This document shows positions 20,001 to 28,766 of a DNA stretch of 64,000 nucleotides, piece by piece. The notes beneath the pieces are model-generated. The model saw nothing but the letters and a program-made list of their open reading frames with translations. It was not told the DNA's origin and did not search any database. The stretch is from Pyrinomonadaceae bacterium (GTDB lineage Bacteria; Acidobacteriota; Blastocatellia; Pyrinomonadales; Pyrinomonadaceae): the NCBI GenBank assembly GCA_046313635.1, contig JBKBYA010000004.1:32001-96000 (forward strand), in the 5' to 3' direction. Both the position numbers and the translations under genes were made by a program. Each line of letters opens with the position of its first letter. The first letter of the stretch is position 1.

Positions 20001-20616
20001 ATTCGACCCGCACGGGCTGCTCCTCGCCCGGCGACCATATGTCGAAAATTCCGCCGCGGATCGAGAATTGTCCGACGTTGTAGATCGGGTCCTCGCGCAC
20101 GTAGCCGGCCGCCGCGAGGCGATCGACCAGTTCGTCGGGAGCGAAGTCCTCGTCCCGCCGCAGTACGGCGCCGAGATCTCGGATCTGTTCGGGAGCGATC
20201 GTTCTGCCGACGAGAGCGCGGGCGGTCGTGACGACAAATCCCGGCCGGCGCTTGGTCAGCCGCCAGAGGGCCGTCGCGCGGCGCTCCTCGGTCTCGGCGT
20301 GCGGCGACACGCCGGAGTAAACGTCGGTATCGAATGACGGGATCGAGACGATCGACGGCGGCTCTCCGCCGTCCGTCGGCGCATCGGCGAGATTCGAGGT
20401 CCAAAACCTCAGATCGCAGTCGAATGTATCGAGCGAGCTATTCGAGTCGGTGACGACAACGAGCGTCTTGCCCGCCCGGCGCTGAAGTCGCGCGAGCACA
20501 AAGGCCTTGGCCGACGGCGAGGTCAGCCCGCCGATCGACACGACACGAGCGCCGCGGCGCACCTCTTCGACGAGGCGGCCGATCTCAATGCTTTCTTCGA
20601 CGATCGATCGCGACAT
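17020..20616 (-). CDS. mfd: Transcription-repair coupling factor
   Basis: GQFSIRGGIFDIW, GDYVVHVDHGIGRF, GDVGYGKTEVA, DEEQRFG, SATPIPRT, QLRGRVGR, TRCF domain. Confidence 0.98.
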   Translation of the reverse strand: MSRSIVEESIEIGRLVEEVRRGARVVSIGGLTSPSAKAFVLARLQRRAGKTLVVVTDSNSSLDTFDCDLRFWTSNLADAPTDGGEPPSIVSIPSFDTDVYSGVSPHAETEERRATALWRLTKRRPGFVVTTARALVGRTIAPEQIRDLGAVLRRDEDFAPDELVDRLAAAGYVREDPIYNVGQFSIRGGIFDIWSPGEEQPVRVEFFGDTVDSIRAFDPDTQLSTGQLKETAIAPMREFAASAEDMREWALFAEDRFGDERFARNLRDRTDFAEAGETFSGWEFLLPLSKPLTGTLFDYLDDSVLVVDEPPVIEQTLGSLYDDLGRRYRQTLDLGDVALEPKELFLEPEELRERIGSSPRVELRALGKTAAAIDEQFGMLDSGRSEVRVQGAAPENNSELGTLNAEPFTPLFLFPTAERSTDIEITSRSTRKFGGDIRQFSEAIRSDRVTSLLVMQTTGLAERLNDVLREYDASVAPESLIVGDLSGGFELPSARLTVYTEIDVFGESQHAEIGTRTTAPKRARSNVGAFISDFRDLKQGDYVVHVDHGIGRFEGLQTINAGGGGEREFMLLVYADNAKLFVPVERLDLVSRYASGEAAAPTLDRLGGIGWQKTKAKAKRAMRDMADELLRLYAERKLVQGYAFQPDGPWQLEFEDAFPYDLTADQATTIDAVKEDMEAPRPMDRLVVGDVGYGKTEVAMRAAFKAVMDGKQVAVLTPTTVLAYQHFETFTRRFGAFPVKIDLLSRFRSTREQKAVVEKTEKGDVDILIGTHRLLSTDVKFPRLGLVIVDEEQRFGVGHKEKLKQLKKKVDVLTLSATPIPRTLNMALVGMRDMSVIETPPRDRLAINTQVVQFSEGVIRSAIELELARSGQVFFIHNRVETIEPIAALIKKIVPSARIAVGHGQMNEKEMEQVMLDFMDFKYDILVATTIIENGIDIPRANTIIINRADTYGLSQLYQLRGRVGRSNRRAYAYLLIPSELELTPIARRRLSAIREFSDLGAGFRIAALDLELRGAGNILGGQQSGHLDALGFDLYTKMLERTIAEIRGEEVSDEIGVSINVGVDVSIPKEYISDTSQRLRTYKRISSADSDDELARIHDELIDRYGRLPDQVEKLFEYGRLRRLAESMRVVSIDRAKDGLAIKMSENVRVSPERLMTFLSENEGASFSPSGILRVPLADGEGPIAAAAAALSQLREG
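19398..19470. repeat. In-frame inverted heptamer-repeat element inside mfd
   Basis: gttcagc gttcagg gttccga gttcaga ... ctgaact ctgacct ccgatct. Confidence 0.65.
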
Positions 20617-20821
20617 AAAAACGCAAGAATCCGCAAGAAAGGCCGCGCGAGGAGCGGTCGTTTCTGTGCGGTGCGGTTTTTATCTTGCCATATTGCGTCG
20701 GTATCTGCACAAAGCGGCGCGAATGTCGTACCTCCGAAATAACTTATAGCTGATAGTTGTTAGTTTGCCGCCTGTCGATGAGGGGCAATATAATCGGGTC
20801 TTTATCCCGCTGCAGCAAAAT

Positions 20822-22432
20822 ATGAGCATTCCCGACTTTGAGGACATAATCGAGCCGAACGATCAGACCGAGGCACGTCGTGCGCATCTCGAGGCCATTC
20901 GCAAGATGGTCGGCAACGCCTACCCGAACAAGTTCGAGCGCAGCCGACTCTCGGGCGGCGAAGACACGATCACCGCGCTTCTCGATCACGGTCCGGTCGC
21001 CGAGATCGCGGCCGAGATGGCCGAGGTCAGATCGAAGCTCGAGCCCGGCCAGCGGCCGCCGGCAGAGGTCAAGGACCGTTTGAATGCGCGTCTTAAGGAA
21101 CTCGGGACGGTCCGCATCTCGGGTCGGCTGACAACGCCGCCGCGAGGCAACTTTGTCCATCTCACAGACGGCGTCGGCAAGCTGCAGATCTACTGCAAAA
21201 AGGGCGAATTCACGGTTCTTAAAAACCTCCGCGACTCGCAAGACTCTCCAGACTCTCTCGACTCTCAAGACTCGTGGTCTGTCTGGCAGATGATCGACCA
21301 CGGCGATTTTGTCGGCGTCGAGGGATATCTCTTTGTGACCAACACGGGCGAGGTCTCTGTGCACGTCGAGCGGCTGCAGTTTCTGGCAAAGGCACTGCTC
21401 CCGATGCCCGATAAGATGCACGGCATCGCGGACGCCGAGATCCGCCAGCGGCAGCGCTACGTCGATCTGATCGGCTCGAGCCTCGCGGTAGAGCACGAAG
21501 GCCTGACGACGCGCGAGGTATTTGAATTACGCGCAAAGACGATCTCGTCCATCCGCCGATTTCTCGAAGACCACGGCTATATCGAGGTCGAGACTCCGAT
21601 GCTCACGCCAAAGGCGACCGGAGCGGCGGCCAGGCCATTCGTCACGCATCACAACGCGCTCGACATCACGCTCTACGCGCGGATCGCGCCCGAGCTGTAT
21701 CTCAAGCGGCTGCTCGTCGGCGGGTTTGAAAAGGTCTACGAGCTCAACCGCAACTTCCGCAACGAGGGCATCTCGTACAAGCACAATCCCGAGTTCACGA
21801 TGCTCGAATTCTATTGTGCGTATATGGACGTCCACGGGATGATGGACTTTTGCGAAGAGCTGATCCGCGAGTCGGTTCAGAAAGCGACCGGCGGATTGCA
21901 GGTCGAATACGAAGGGAACGTTATCGACTTCTCCAAATTCGAACGCGTGCCGATGCGCGATGTAATACTCAGATTTCATCCTGAAGCGGAGATCGACGAC
22001 CGCAATATTCTCGACTGGTTCGATCGGGTCGAGCCCAAGATCATCCAGCCCACATTTGTGATCGATTATCCAAGGTCGATCTCGCCGCTCTCAAAGGCTT
22101 CGCCCGACGACCCGCGTGTTGCCGAGCGGTTTGAGCTGTTCATCAACGGGATGGAGGTCGCCAACGGCTTCAGCGAGCTGAACGACCCGCGCGAGCAGTA
22201 CGACCGCTTCGTCGATCAGATGGCCGAGCGCGAACGCGGCGACGACGAGGCGATGGTGCTCGACGAGGATTACATCCGCGCCCTCGCCTACGGCATGCCG
22301 CCCGCCGCCGGCATCGGCGTAGGCATCGACCGCCTCGTGATGCTGCTCACCAACAAGCACTCGATCCGCGACGTCATCCTCTTCCCGCACATGCGCCCCG
22401 AGAAGTCCGACAAGTCAGAACCACCCGCGTAA
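20822..22432 (+). CDS. lysS: Lysine--tRNA ligase (class II)
   Basis: [65 protein letters not shown]. Confidence 0.98.
   Translation: MSIPDFEDIIEPNDQTEARRAHLEAIRKMVGNAYPNKFERSRLSGGEDTITALLDHGPVAEIAAEMAEVRSKLEPGQRPPAEVKDRLNARLKELGTVRISGRLTTPPRGNFVHLTDGVGKLQIYCKKGEFTVLKNLRDSQDSPDSLDSQDSWSVWQMIDHGDFVGVEGYLFVTNTGEVSVHVERLQFLAKALLPMPDKMHGIADAEIRQRQRYVDLIGSSLAVEHEGLTTREVFELRAKTISSIRRFLEDHGYIEVETPMLTPKATGAAARPFVTHHNALDITLYARIAPELYLKRLLVGGFEKVYELNRNFRNEGISYKHNPEFTMLEFYCAYMDVHGMMDFCEELIRESVQKATGGLQVEYEGNVIDFSKFERVPMRDVILRFHPEAEIDDRNILDWFDRVEPKIIQPTFVIDYPRSISPLSKASPDDPRVAERFELFINGMEVANGFSELNDPREQYDRFVDQMAERERGDDEAMVLDEDYIRALAYGMPPAAGIGVGIDRLVMLLTNKHSIRDVILFPHMRPEKSDKSEPPA
21233..21277 (+). repeat. In-frame 9-bp tandem repeat (GACTCnnnn x5) inside lysS
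   Basis: gactcgcaa gactctcca gactctctc gactctcaa gactcgtgg, encoding [15 protein letters not shown]. Confidence 0.8.
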
Positions 22433-22589
22433 GCGGGTGGGCTCCTGCTCCACGGCCACCCGACCCCGCAGTCGAACCCCTGCAAGTCAGAACCACCCCG
22501 CGTAAGCGGGTGGGCTCTTCGAGCGTTGTCAGCAGAAACCTCGGTCAAATGCGACCAAGTCAGAACCACCCCCCGAAAGCGGGTGGCCT
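22414..22589 (+). repeat. Three direct REP copies downstream of the RAYT gene
   Basis: GTCAGAACCACCC(C)GCGTAAGCGGGTGGGCTC at 22414 and 22486, degenerate copy at 22559; each preceded by CAA. Confidence 0.9.
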
Positions 22590-22620
22590 GTTCCAACGTT
22601 GTCAGCAAACAACGCCGCTC

Positions 22621-23148
22621 TCACCGCTTCCAATCATCAAGCTCACGCAGGTCCTCGCCCTGACCGCTTTCCACGTAGTCGCAGGCGTTTGCGATGCTCT
22701 CCTCATTCCAAAGCCAACGGCAGCTTCCTTTGCCGACCCACGGCGAGAGCTCAGAGTCCCAGATGCCGCTTTCGCGCATCATGCGGGTGGCGTACGCCTT
22801 GAAAGAATTCAGGGCCCGATCCGGCAGAGACGCTCCGATCGCAACAACGACATGAACGTGATTTGTTCTCACATTGATCGCGAGGAGCCGCCATCCGCGA
22901 TGACGGCAGACTCCACGGATAGCTTCCTCGACCGCTCGTCTGCGCGCGGCGTCGAGCGTCACAGGCGGCTGCTTGAGAGACTTACGGTTATGGTCTTGCC
23001 ACGCGACCTTTCGAGGAATGCGCGGCGATCCGAATTTGTTGTTGTGACGATCGATCGACCCGCGTTCGTCGCCGTGCAGCCAAGTGCCGTGCGTGCGGAA
23101 GGTGATCAGGAACGCAAGGGGGACATCGGTGTCGTTCCATTTTGCCAT
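22621..23148 (-). mobile_element. REP-associated tyrosine transposase (RAYT/TnpA-REP, HUH Y1 family)
   Basis: [18 protein letters not shown] motif [16 protein letters not shown]-terminal helix ACDYVESGQ carrying the likely catalytic Tyr; flanked by REPs in opposite orientations. Confidence 0.9.
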
Positions 23149-23156
23149 GGCGGCGG

Positions 23157-23185
23157 ATGGTAGCGCGGTGCCGCGTGGGACTCAA
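23157..23185 (-). promoter_or_regulatory. Putative promoter giving a near-leaderless RAYT transcript
   Basis: TTGAGT-N17-TACCAT ending 8 nt before ATG 23148; no Shine-Dalgarno. Confidence 0.5.
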
Positions 23186-23194
23186 GGCGGCCAA

Positions 23195-23226
23195 GAACCC
23201 ACCCGCTTACGCGGGGTGGTTCTGAC
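23195..23226 (-). repeat. Inverted REP copy upstream of the RAYT gene
   Basis: Reverse complement GTCAGAACCACCCCGCGTAAGCGGGTGGGTTC. Confidence 0.9.
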
Positions 23227-23313
23227 TTGGCAAAAGCTCTCGTGTTGCTTTCGGCGGCACGAGAGCTTTATTTTGTCTATACCGTCCCCGACGGCGCGAT
23301 CCGCTGCCCGCCA

Positions 23314-24150
23314 ATGAAGACATTCATCTACACCGCATTTGCACTCGTCGCGTTCGCGTTCAACTCGATCCTATGCCGAATGGCGCTCAGGCCGGACGAG
23401 ATCGACCCCGCAGGCTTTACCGCGATCAGGCTCGCGTCCGGTGCGGTCACGCTTGGATTGCTCGTTTACCTGACGAGCGACAACAAGGGCGTGTTGAAGA
23501 CCGGGCATTGGCTCTCGGCGATCTTTCTGTCTGCGTATGCGATCTGTTTTTCGTTCGCGTATATGGGGCTGAATGCGGGAACGGGAGCGCTCATTCTATT
23601 CGGCTCGGTACAGCTCTCGATGATCGGCGTCGCGATGATCCGCGGCGAAAGTCCAAGCGGCAAAGAATGGCTCGGGCTCGTTGTCGCCGCTGGCGGACTC
23701 GTTTACCTGCTGTGGCCCGGTTTGACCACTTCGCCGCCGACCACGAGCGCGGCGCTGATGGCCGCGGCTGGCATCGCGTGGGGCGGCTATACGCTCCGCG
23801 GCAAAGGGAGCTCGAGCCCGCTGGCCGATACGGCGGGGAATTTCATTCGCACGGTGCCGATGGCGGCGGTCGCGGCCGTCGTTTATCTGCGCGACCTGCA
23901 TTTGACGCAGCGGGGCGTGCTGCTCGCAGTGATCTCCGGAGCCATCGCGTCGGGCATCGGCTACACAGCTTGGTATGCCGCGCTGAAGCATCACACCGCG
24001 ACACGCGCGGCCATACTCCAGCTCTCGGTGCCGCTGATCACGGCCGCCGGCGGAGTGCTGCTCCTCAGTGAGGCCGCGACGACGCGCCTTTGGATCTCGG
24101 CCGCGCTTATACTCGGCGGGATCGCCGTGGCCACCCTGGCCCGGCGTTGA
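23314..24150 (+). CDS. DMT/EamA-family transporter
   Basis: About 10 TMs; AFAFNSILCRMAL, SGAIASGIGYTAWY, AILQLSVP. Confidence 0.9.
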   Translation: MKTFIYTAFALVAFAFNSILCRMALRPDEIDPAGFTAIRLASGAVTLGLLVYLTSDNKGVLKTGHWLSAIFLSAYAICFSFAYMGLNAGTGALILFGSVQLSMIGVAMIRGESPSGKEWLGLVVAAGGLVYLLWPGLTTSPPTTSAALMAAAGIAWGGYTLRGKGSSSPLADTAGNFIRTVPMAAVAAVVYLRDLHLTQRGVLLAVISGAIASGIGYTAWYAALKHHTATRAAILQLSVPLITAAGGVLLLSEAATTRLWISAALILGGIAVATLARR

Positions 24151-24165
24151 CACGCTGCTCCCTAC

Positions 24166-24194
24166 AAAAAGAAAAAGGGCGGCCGAGGCCGCCC
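24166..24194 (-). terminator. Intrinsic terminator of the second TonB-dependent receptor
   Basis: gggcggcc/ggccgccc stem with a U-rich tail on the minus strand. Confidence 0.7.
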
Positions 24195-24217
24195 AAACAT
24201 TCGCAAACTCCTGCCGA

Positions 24218-27200
24218 TCAAAACACGAGTCTTGCTCCGAGAATGACGCGGCGATTGCCGCCGTTGGTCGCTCCCTCGTTGAGGAAGTTGGCGCCGGCGG
24301 TGATCGTCGAGTTTGGTATGCCGTAGTTGCGCAGGTTAAAGGCATTGAACATGTCAGCCCTGATCTGCACACGTACGTTCTCGGTGATCCGCGTATTCTT
24401 GATGACCCCGAAGTCGACCAGCTTGATCCCGTCGGCCCGCAGGATGTTGCGGCCGGCGTTGCCGACACGCTGGCCTGGATCGAGCGCTCGGAAGAGGCTC
24501 GCTCCGCCCGCCCGCCTGATCTCGTTGATCGACATTCGCGAAAGATCGAGTGTCGTATTCAGGTTCGGCCTGATCGGGTTACCGACAAGTCCGTCGATGC
24601 CGCAGACGGCACATGCCGGGTCGCTTCCGAGAAAGACCGTGAACGGCGCTCCGCTCTGGAAGGTAAAGAACGAGTTTACCTGCCAGCCGCCGAGCAGTCG
24701 GCCCAAGACGCCCTGCTGCTGGCGGTAGAAGGGCATTTCGTACACGACGTTGCCGGTGAGCCTGTGCGGCCGGTCGTAGCTCGACCGCGCACGGTCGGCC
24801 CGCCGGTTGAAGGAGTCCTGCGCGACCGCGACCTCGCCGGTCGACGGATTAAAGATCTCAGATCCGTCGTCGATGAACGCGCTGAAGGTATAGTGCAGGC
24901 CAAAGCTCACGCCGCGCGACAGACGTTTGTCGAGGCTCGCCTGCAACGCGTCGTAGGTCGAGCTGCCCGAGTTGGTACGCAAGCGGATCGTTTCGAGATT
25001 GGGATTGACCCGATTGCCGAAGTTCGGATTGGTGCCGACGACCCGGCAGACGCGTCCGGGCAGGCACGGATTGCCGTCGACCGTCTGAAAGAGCCGCGTG
25101 CCCCGAGTGCGGACATAGCCGATCTTAAAGACCGTGTCCGAGTTGAGCTCTCGCTGCAGCTCCAGCGAGAACTGGTCGTACACCGGCGCGCCGAAGTCAT
25201 TCGAGACGACCGTGCGGACGAGCCGATTCGGCTCGGCGACGTTCGGCACCGTCGTATTTCGCATCGCGGTGAACGCGCCGACGGTCGAGACGTTCTGAGC
25301 GGCGACGAAGGGGAACGAGCTGAAGACATTCAGGTTGATGTTGATGAAATTGGCGTCGAAGGTTCGCGCGTAGCCGCCGCGGATGACGAGTTTGTCGCGG
25401 CCGGTGATCCAGCCGAGAACGCCTTTGCCAGACGTGCTCGGGTTCCAGTTGAAGCCGAGCCGCGGCATCCAGTTGTCGTTATCGACCTTGGGTACGGGAT
25501 CGAACCGGAACGCGGCGTTATTGCCGTTCGCGGCGAGAATGCGCTTGTTGAGCTCCTTGAGATAACTAAAGGAGTCGCCCGGATATTCGTATCTCACACC
25601 GAAAGACAGGGTGAGCGACGGCCTTACGCGCCATTGGTCCTGAACGTAGGCGTAGTACTCCCACCACCGATAAAAGCCGATGACGTCGCCGCCGGCCAGC
25701 GGCAGGTTGATCGTCGCGGTCTGGGCGATATCGTTGACGAAGTTATTCAGCGTCGTATATGCGAGCCGCCCGCGCACGGTGGGGAAGAAAAAGCTCTTCA
25801 CGTCGGTACGGCGAAGATCGACGCCGAACTTTATCGTGTGACCGCCGGTCGCAAACGTCATCGAATCGGTGAACTGATACGTGTCGTTGATGCGAAACTG
25901 CGGCAGGTTGACCGCCAGACCGATGGCCGTCCTGCTGGCCGCGGCATTAAAGCCGAGCATTCCGAGCTGCGATATCTCGATCGAGGGGATCGTCTCGGAC
26001 GACGGGTCTTGGGCACCGGTCGTCGAGTCAAATCGCGACCACGCAAGCCTCGCCTCGTTTGACCATTTGCTTGAGAGGATCGTATTGAGTACCGTCGTCG
26101 CGGCCTTGGTCTTGGTCTTGTTGACCGTCGTCAGGCCGGGCGGCGTCACCTGTCCGGTGCCGGACGTATTCTGGTAGTCGTAACGGTAGCGGGCGTAAAA
26201 GAGGTTGCGGTCGTTGAATCGATGATCGATGCGCGCCGACCCCTGATGGTCGTCGAACACGAACGATGACGAGCCCGTTACGTTGCCGAGCGGTACGGTG
26301 TAGGTCTGACTGCCGATCGTGAACGTGGCCGACGTGCCGTTGGGCGTTCCCGGCGGAACGAACTGGAGCAGGGCCTGAACCTGCGGCCTGCCCGCGGCGA
26401 CACTCTGCAGCACCGCGCGGCCCTCGGCCGTCGGAGCGCCGTTAAGCGTAAAGCCCGATCCGAGCGCGCGGTCGGACCACCGCTGATAGTCGACAAAGAA
26501 AAAGGTCTTGTCCTTTCCTTTCCAAATGTACGGGTCGTTGCCGTCGCCAAGCCAAGGCAGCCACACCGGCCCGCCGACCGTGAAACCGATCTGGTTCTCG
26601 AGACGGCGGGGAGCCCGCTTGCGCGACTCGACGGTCGCCAGCTTGTTGCAGAAGCCGGCCGCCTTGTCGAGATTGCTGCAGGAATTGAGATGCTCGTTAT
26701 TGTGAAACCAAAAGACGGAGCCGTGAAAATCGTTGGTGCCAGAGCGGCTCACAAAGTTCACGACCGAGCCGGCGTTGCGGCCGTACTCAGGCAGGAACTG
26801 GTTGGTGATGATCCTGACCTCCTGGATCGCGTCTGGATTGTTGAGCGCGATCTGACCGCCGGCAACGCTCGGGTCGTTGATATCCTGCCCGTCGATCATA
26901 AAGTTGTTTGACCGAACGCGGCCGCCGTTTGCCGAAAAGTTGACGCCGTTGGCAAATCCGGTCTGACCGCTTCCGAGCTGGCTGACGCCGGGCACCGACA
27001 GGAGTACGTTGTACACGTTCCTGTTGGTCGCGATCGGGAGCTCCGAGAGACGCCGCTCGTCAAAGCGCGTGGCTATCTCGGGCGTCGACGTGTTCAGCGC
27101 CGATGCATTCTCGGTGACGGTCACGATCTCGGTGACGCCGCCGGCCTTCAGCGCGGCGTCAACGACCGCATCCTGGTTTGCTACCAGAAGCACGCCGCTC

Positions 27201-27472
27201 CGGACGAGTTTTGCGAAGTTAGCGGCCTCGACCGTGACCTCGTACTGCCCGATGGGCAGATTAGTGAACAAAAAACGGCCCTCGCCGCCGGTCACCGTCG
27301 TTCGCGAAAATCCGGTGTCAGTATTCCTTACCGTTACCGTGGCCCCGGGCACGACCGATTGCTGTTCGTCGTACACGGTTCCCGAGATCGAGGCCGTCGA
27401 CGTCTGAGCGGACGCGACTGCCGCGATGATCGAGATCAGCACGAGAGTGCCGATCAGCTTGAACGCCTTCAT
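24218..27472 (-). CDS. TonB-dependent receptor, Oar-like
   Basis: GGAGG RBS; signal peptide; GTVYDEQQSVVPGATV, NPDAIQEVRIITNQFLPEYGRNAGSVVN, C-terminal GARLVF. Confidence 0.92.
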   Translation of the reverse strand: MKAFKLIGTLVLISIIAAVASAQTSTASISGTVYDEQQSVVPGATVTVRNTDTGFSRTTVTGGEGRFLFTNLPIGQYEVTVEAANFAKLVRSGVLLVANQDAVVDAALKAGGVTEIVTVTENASALNTSTPEIATRFDERRLSELPIATNRNVYNVLLSVPGVSQLGSGQTGFANGVNFSANGGRVRSNNFMIDGQDINDPSVAGGQIALNNPDAIQEVRIITNQFLPEYGRNAGSVVNFVSRSGTNDFHGSVFWFHNNEHLNSCSNLDKAAGFCNKLATVESRKRAPRRLENQIGFTVGGPVWLPWLGDGNDPYIWKGKDKTFFFVDYQRWSDRALGSGFTLNGAPTAEGRAVLQSVAAGRPQVQALLQFVPPGTPNGTSATFTIGSQTYTVPLGNVTGSSSFVFDDHQGSARIDHRFNDRNLFYARYRYDYQNTSGTGQVTPPGLTTVNKTKTKAATTVLNTILSSKWSNEARLAWSRFDSTTGAQDPSSETIPSIEISQLGMLGFNAAASRTAIGLAVNLPQFRINDTYQFTDSMTFATGGHTIKFGVDLRRTDVKSFFFPTVRGRLAYTTLNNFVNDIAQTATINLPLAGGDVIGFYRWWEYYAYVQDQWRVRPSLTLSFGVRYEYPGDSFSYLKELNKRILAANGNNAAFRFDPVPKVDNDNWMPRLGFNWNPSTSGKGVLGWITGRDKLVIRGGYARTFDANFININLNVFSSFPFVAAQNVSTVGAFTAMRNTTVPNVAEPNRLVRTVVSNDFGAPVYDQFSLELQRELNSDTVFKIGYVRTRGTRLFQTVDGNPCLPGRVCRVVGTNPNFGNRVNPNLETIRLRTNSGSSTYDALQASLDKRLSRGVSFGLHYTFSAFIDDGSEIFNPSTGEVAVAQDSFNRRADRARSSYDRPHRLTGNVVYEMPFYRQQQGVLGRLLGGWQVNSFFTFQSGAPFTVFLGSDPACAVCGIDGLVGNPIRPNLNTTLDLSRMSINEIRRAGGASLFRALDPGQRVGNAGRNILRADGIKLVDFGVIKNTRITENVRVQIRADMFNAFNLRNYGIPNSTITAGANFLNEGATNGGNRRVILGARLVF

Positions 27473-27656
27473 ACGATCCACCTCCAAACAAAGTTAGCTA
27501 GATAAAGACGACCGGTAAAATAAGACCAGCTAAGTCCAAGTATTAATGGATCTGATCAGCGAAGCGGCGGAATTGTACAACAAGCTGGAGCCGAATTGGA
27601 AATGACGACGCGGCCGCGCCGGCGGCGAAAGGCTCGGGTAGGGCCGTCCGCGTGCC

Positions 27657-28757
27657 TTATTCGTTGACCATCACGTCGACCGGATCGATGCCAGCGGCCT
27701 TCCAGGCGGGATAAAGAGCTCCGATCAGGCTGCCGCCGATGGCGATGGCGACGGCCGTCAAGATCCACGCGGCGCTGAATTCAAATGCGAGTTCAAACTG
27801 GCGGCTGATGAGCGTCGACGCCGCCAGCGACAGCAGCATCCCGGCGATGACGCCGAAGACGCCGATCAGGAAGGCCTCGCTCTCGATGGTGGTGATGATG
27901 AATGACGTCGACGCGCCGAGCGATTTGAGAATTCCGATCTCCTTTCGCCGCTCGGTGATCGTCGTGTACATCGACAGCAGAACAAAGATGGTGCTGACAA
28001 AAGCGCCGAGCCCGACCAGCACGCGTAGAAATGTGTTGAGCCCCGGGATGCGTTCCTGAGCGTCGATGATGAGGTCGCTCGTGAGATTGATCTTGTTGCC
28101 GGGCAGCGCCTCGTTGATCCGTGCGGCGACCTGCTCGACATCGGCGCCGTCCTTGACCTTGACGAGAATGTAGGTCGCCTTGTTGGGAGCCTCGAGCGCG
28201 GCCTGCATCGCGCCGAGCGACATCTTGATGCGCGAGCCTGACGGCGGCTCAAAGACGCCGACGACCTTGTACTTCTTTTCGCCAAAAAGCTCGATCTCGT
28301 CGCCGACACTCAGCTTGTCCTGCCGCACCTGGCGTTCATCGACGACGACCTCGTCGTCGGCCAGCGGCGCACGGCCTGCGGTCAGCCGCATACCGTTCAT
28401 CCGTGCAAACGGCTCCCAGTCGACGCCGTCTATCTGCTGCACGCCCCAGCGGCCTTTGGTGCTCGGCGTGATGTAGCGGATGACGGGCACGACCGACTCG
28501 ACGCCCTCGATCTCGAGCAGCCGCGGCACGTAGCCTGTGCTGACCGGCGTATTAGAGCTGTTGAGGTCCATCGCGCCGGGCCGCGTGAAGACGATCTCGG
28601 CCTTCCAGTTCGAGGCGCGGCGGGCCATGTCGTTCGTCATTCCGCGCGCGAGGCCGGTAAAGAGAACGACGAGCGTCACGCCAAGCGCGACGCCGATGAT
28701 GCTGATCAGCGTGCGGAAAGGGCGGACGCGGAGGTTTGCGAAGACGAGTTCGAGCAT
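27657..28757 (-). CDS. ABC transporter permease (MacB/FtsX family)
   Basis: NLRVRPFRTLISIIGVALG, periplasmic core, ERRKEIGILKSLGAS, PAWKAAGIDP. Confidence 0.92.
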   Translation of the reverse strand: MLELVFANLRVRPFRTLISIIGVALGVTLVVLFTGLARGMTNDMARRASNWKAEIVFTRPGAMDLNSSNTPVSTGYVPRLLEIEGVESVVPVIRYITPSTKGRWGVQQIDGVDWEPFARMNGMRLTAGRAPLADDEVVVDERQVRQDKLSVGDEIELFGEKKYKVVGVFEPPSGSRIKMSLGAMQAALEAPNKATYILVKVKDGADVEQVAARINEALPGNKINLTSDLIIDAQERIPGLNTFLRVLVGLGAFVSTIFVLLSMYTTITERRKEIGILKSLGASTSFIITTIESEAFLIGVFGVIAGMLLSLAASTLISRQFELAFEFSAAWILTAVAIAIGGSLIGALYPAWKAAGIDPVDVMVNE

Positions 28758-28766
28758 TCGAGAGAT

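Noticed and set aside
22414..22600. Repeat-spacer pattern resembling a mini CRISPR array
   Set aside because: Only three degenerate copies, an inverted copy across an HUH transposase, a dispersed copy at 63941 and no cas genes; these are REPs.
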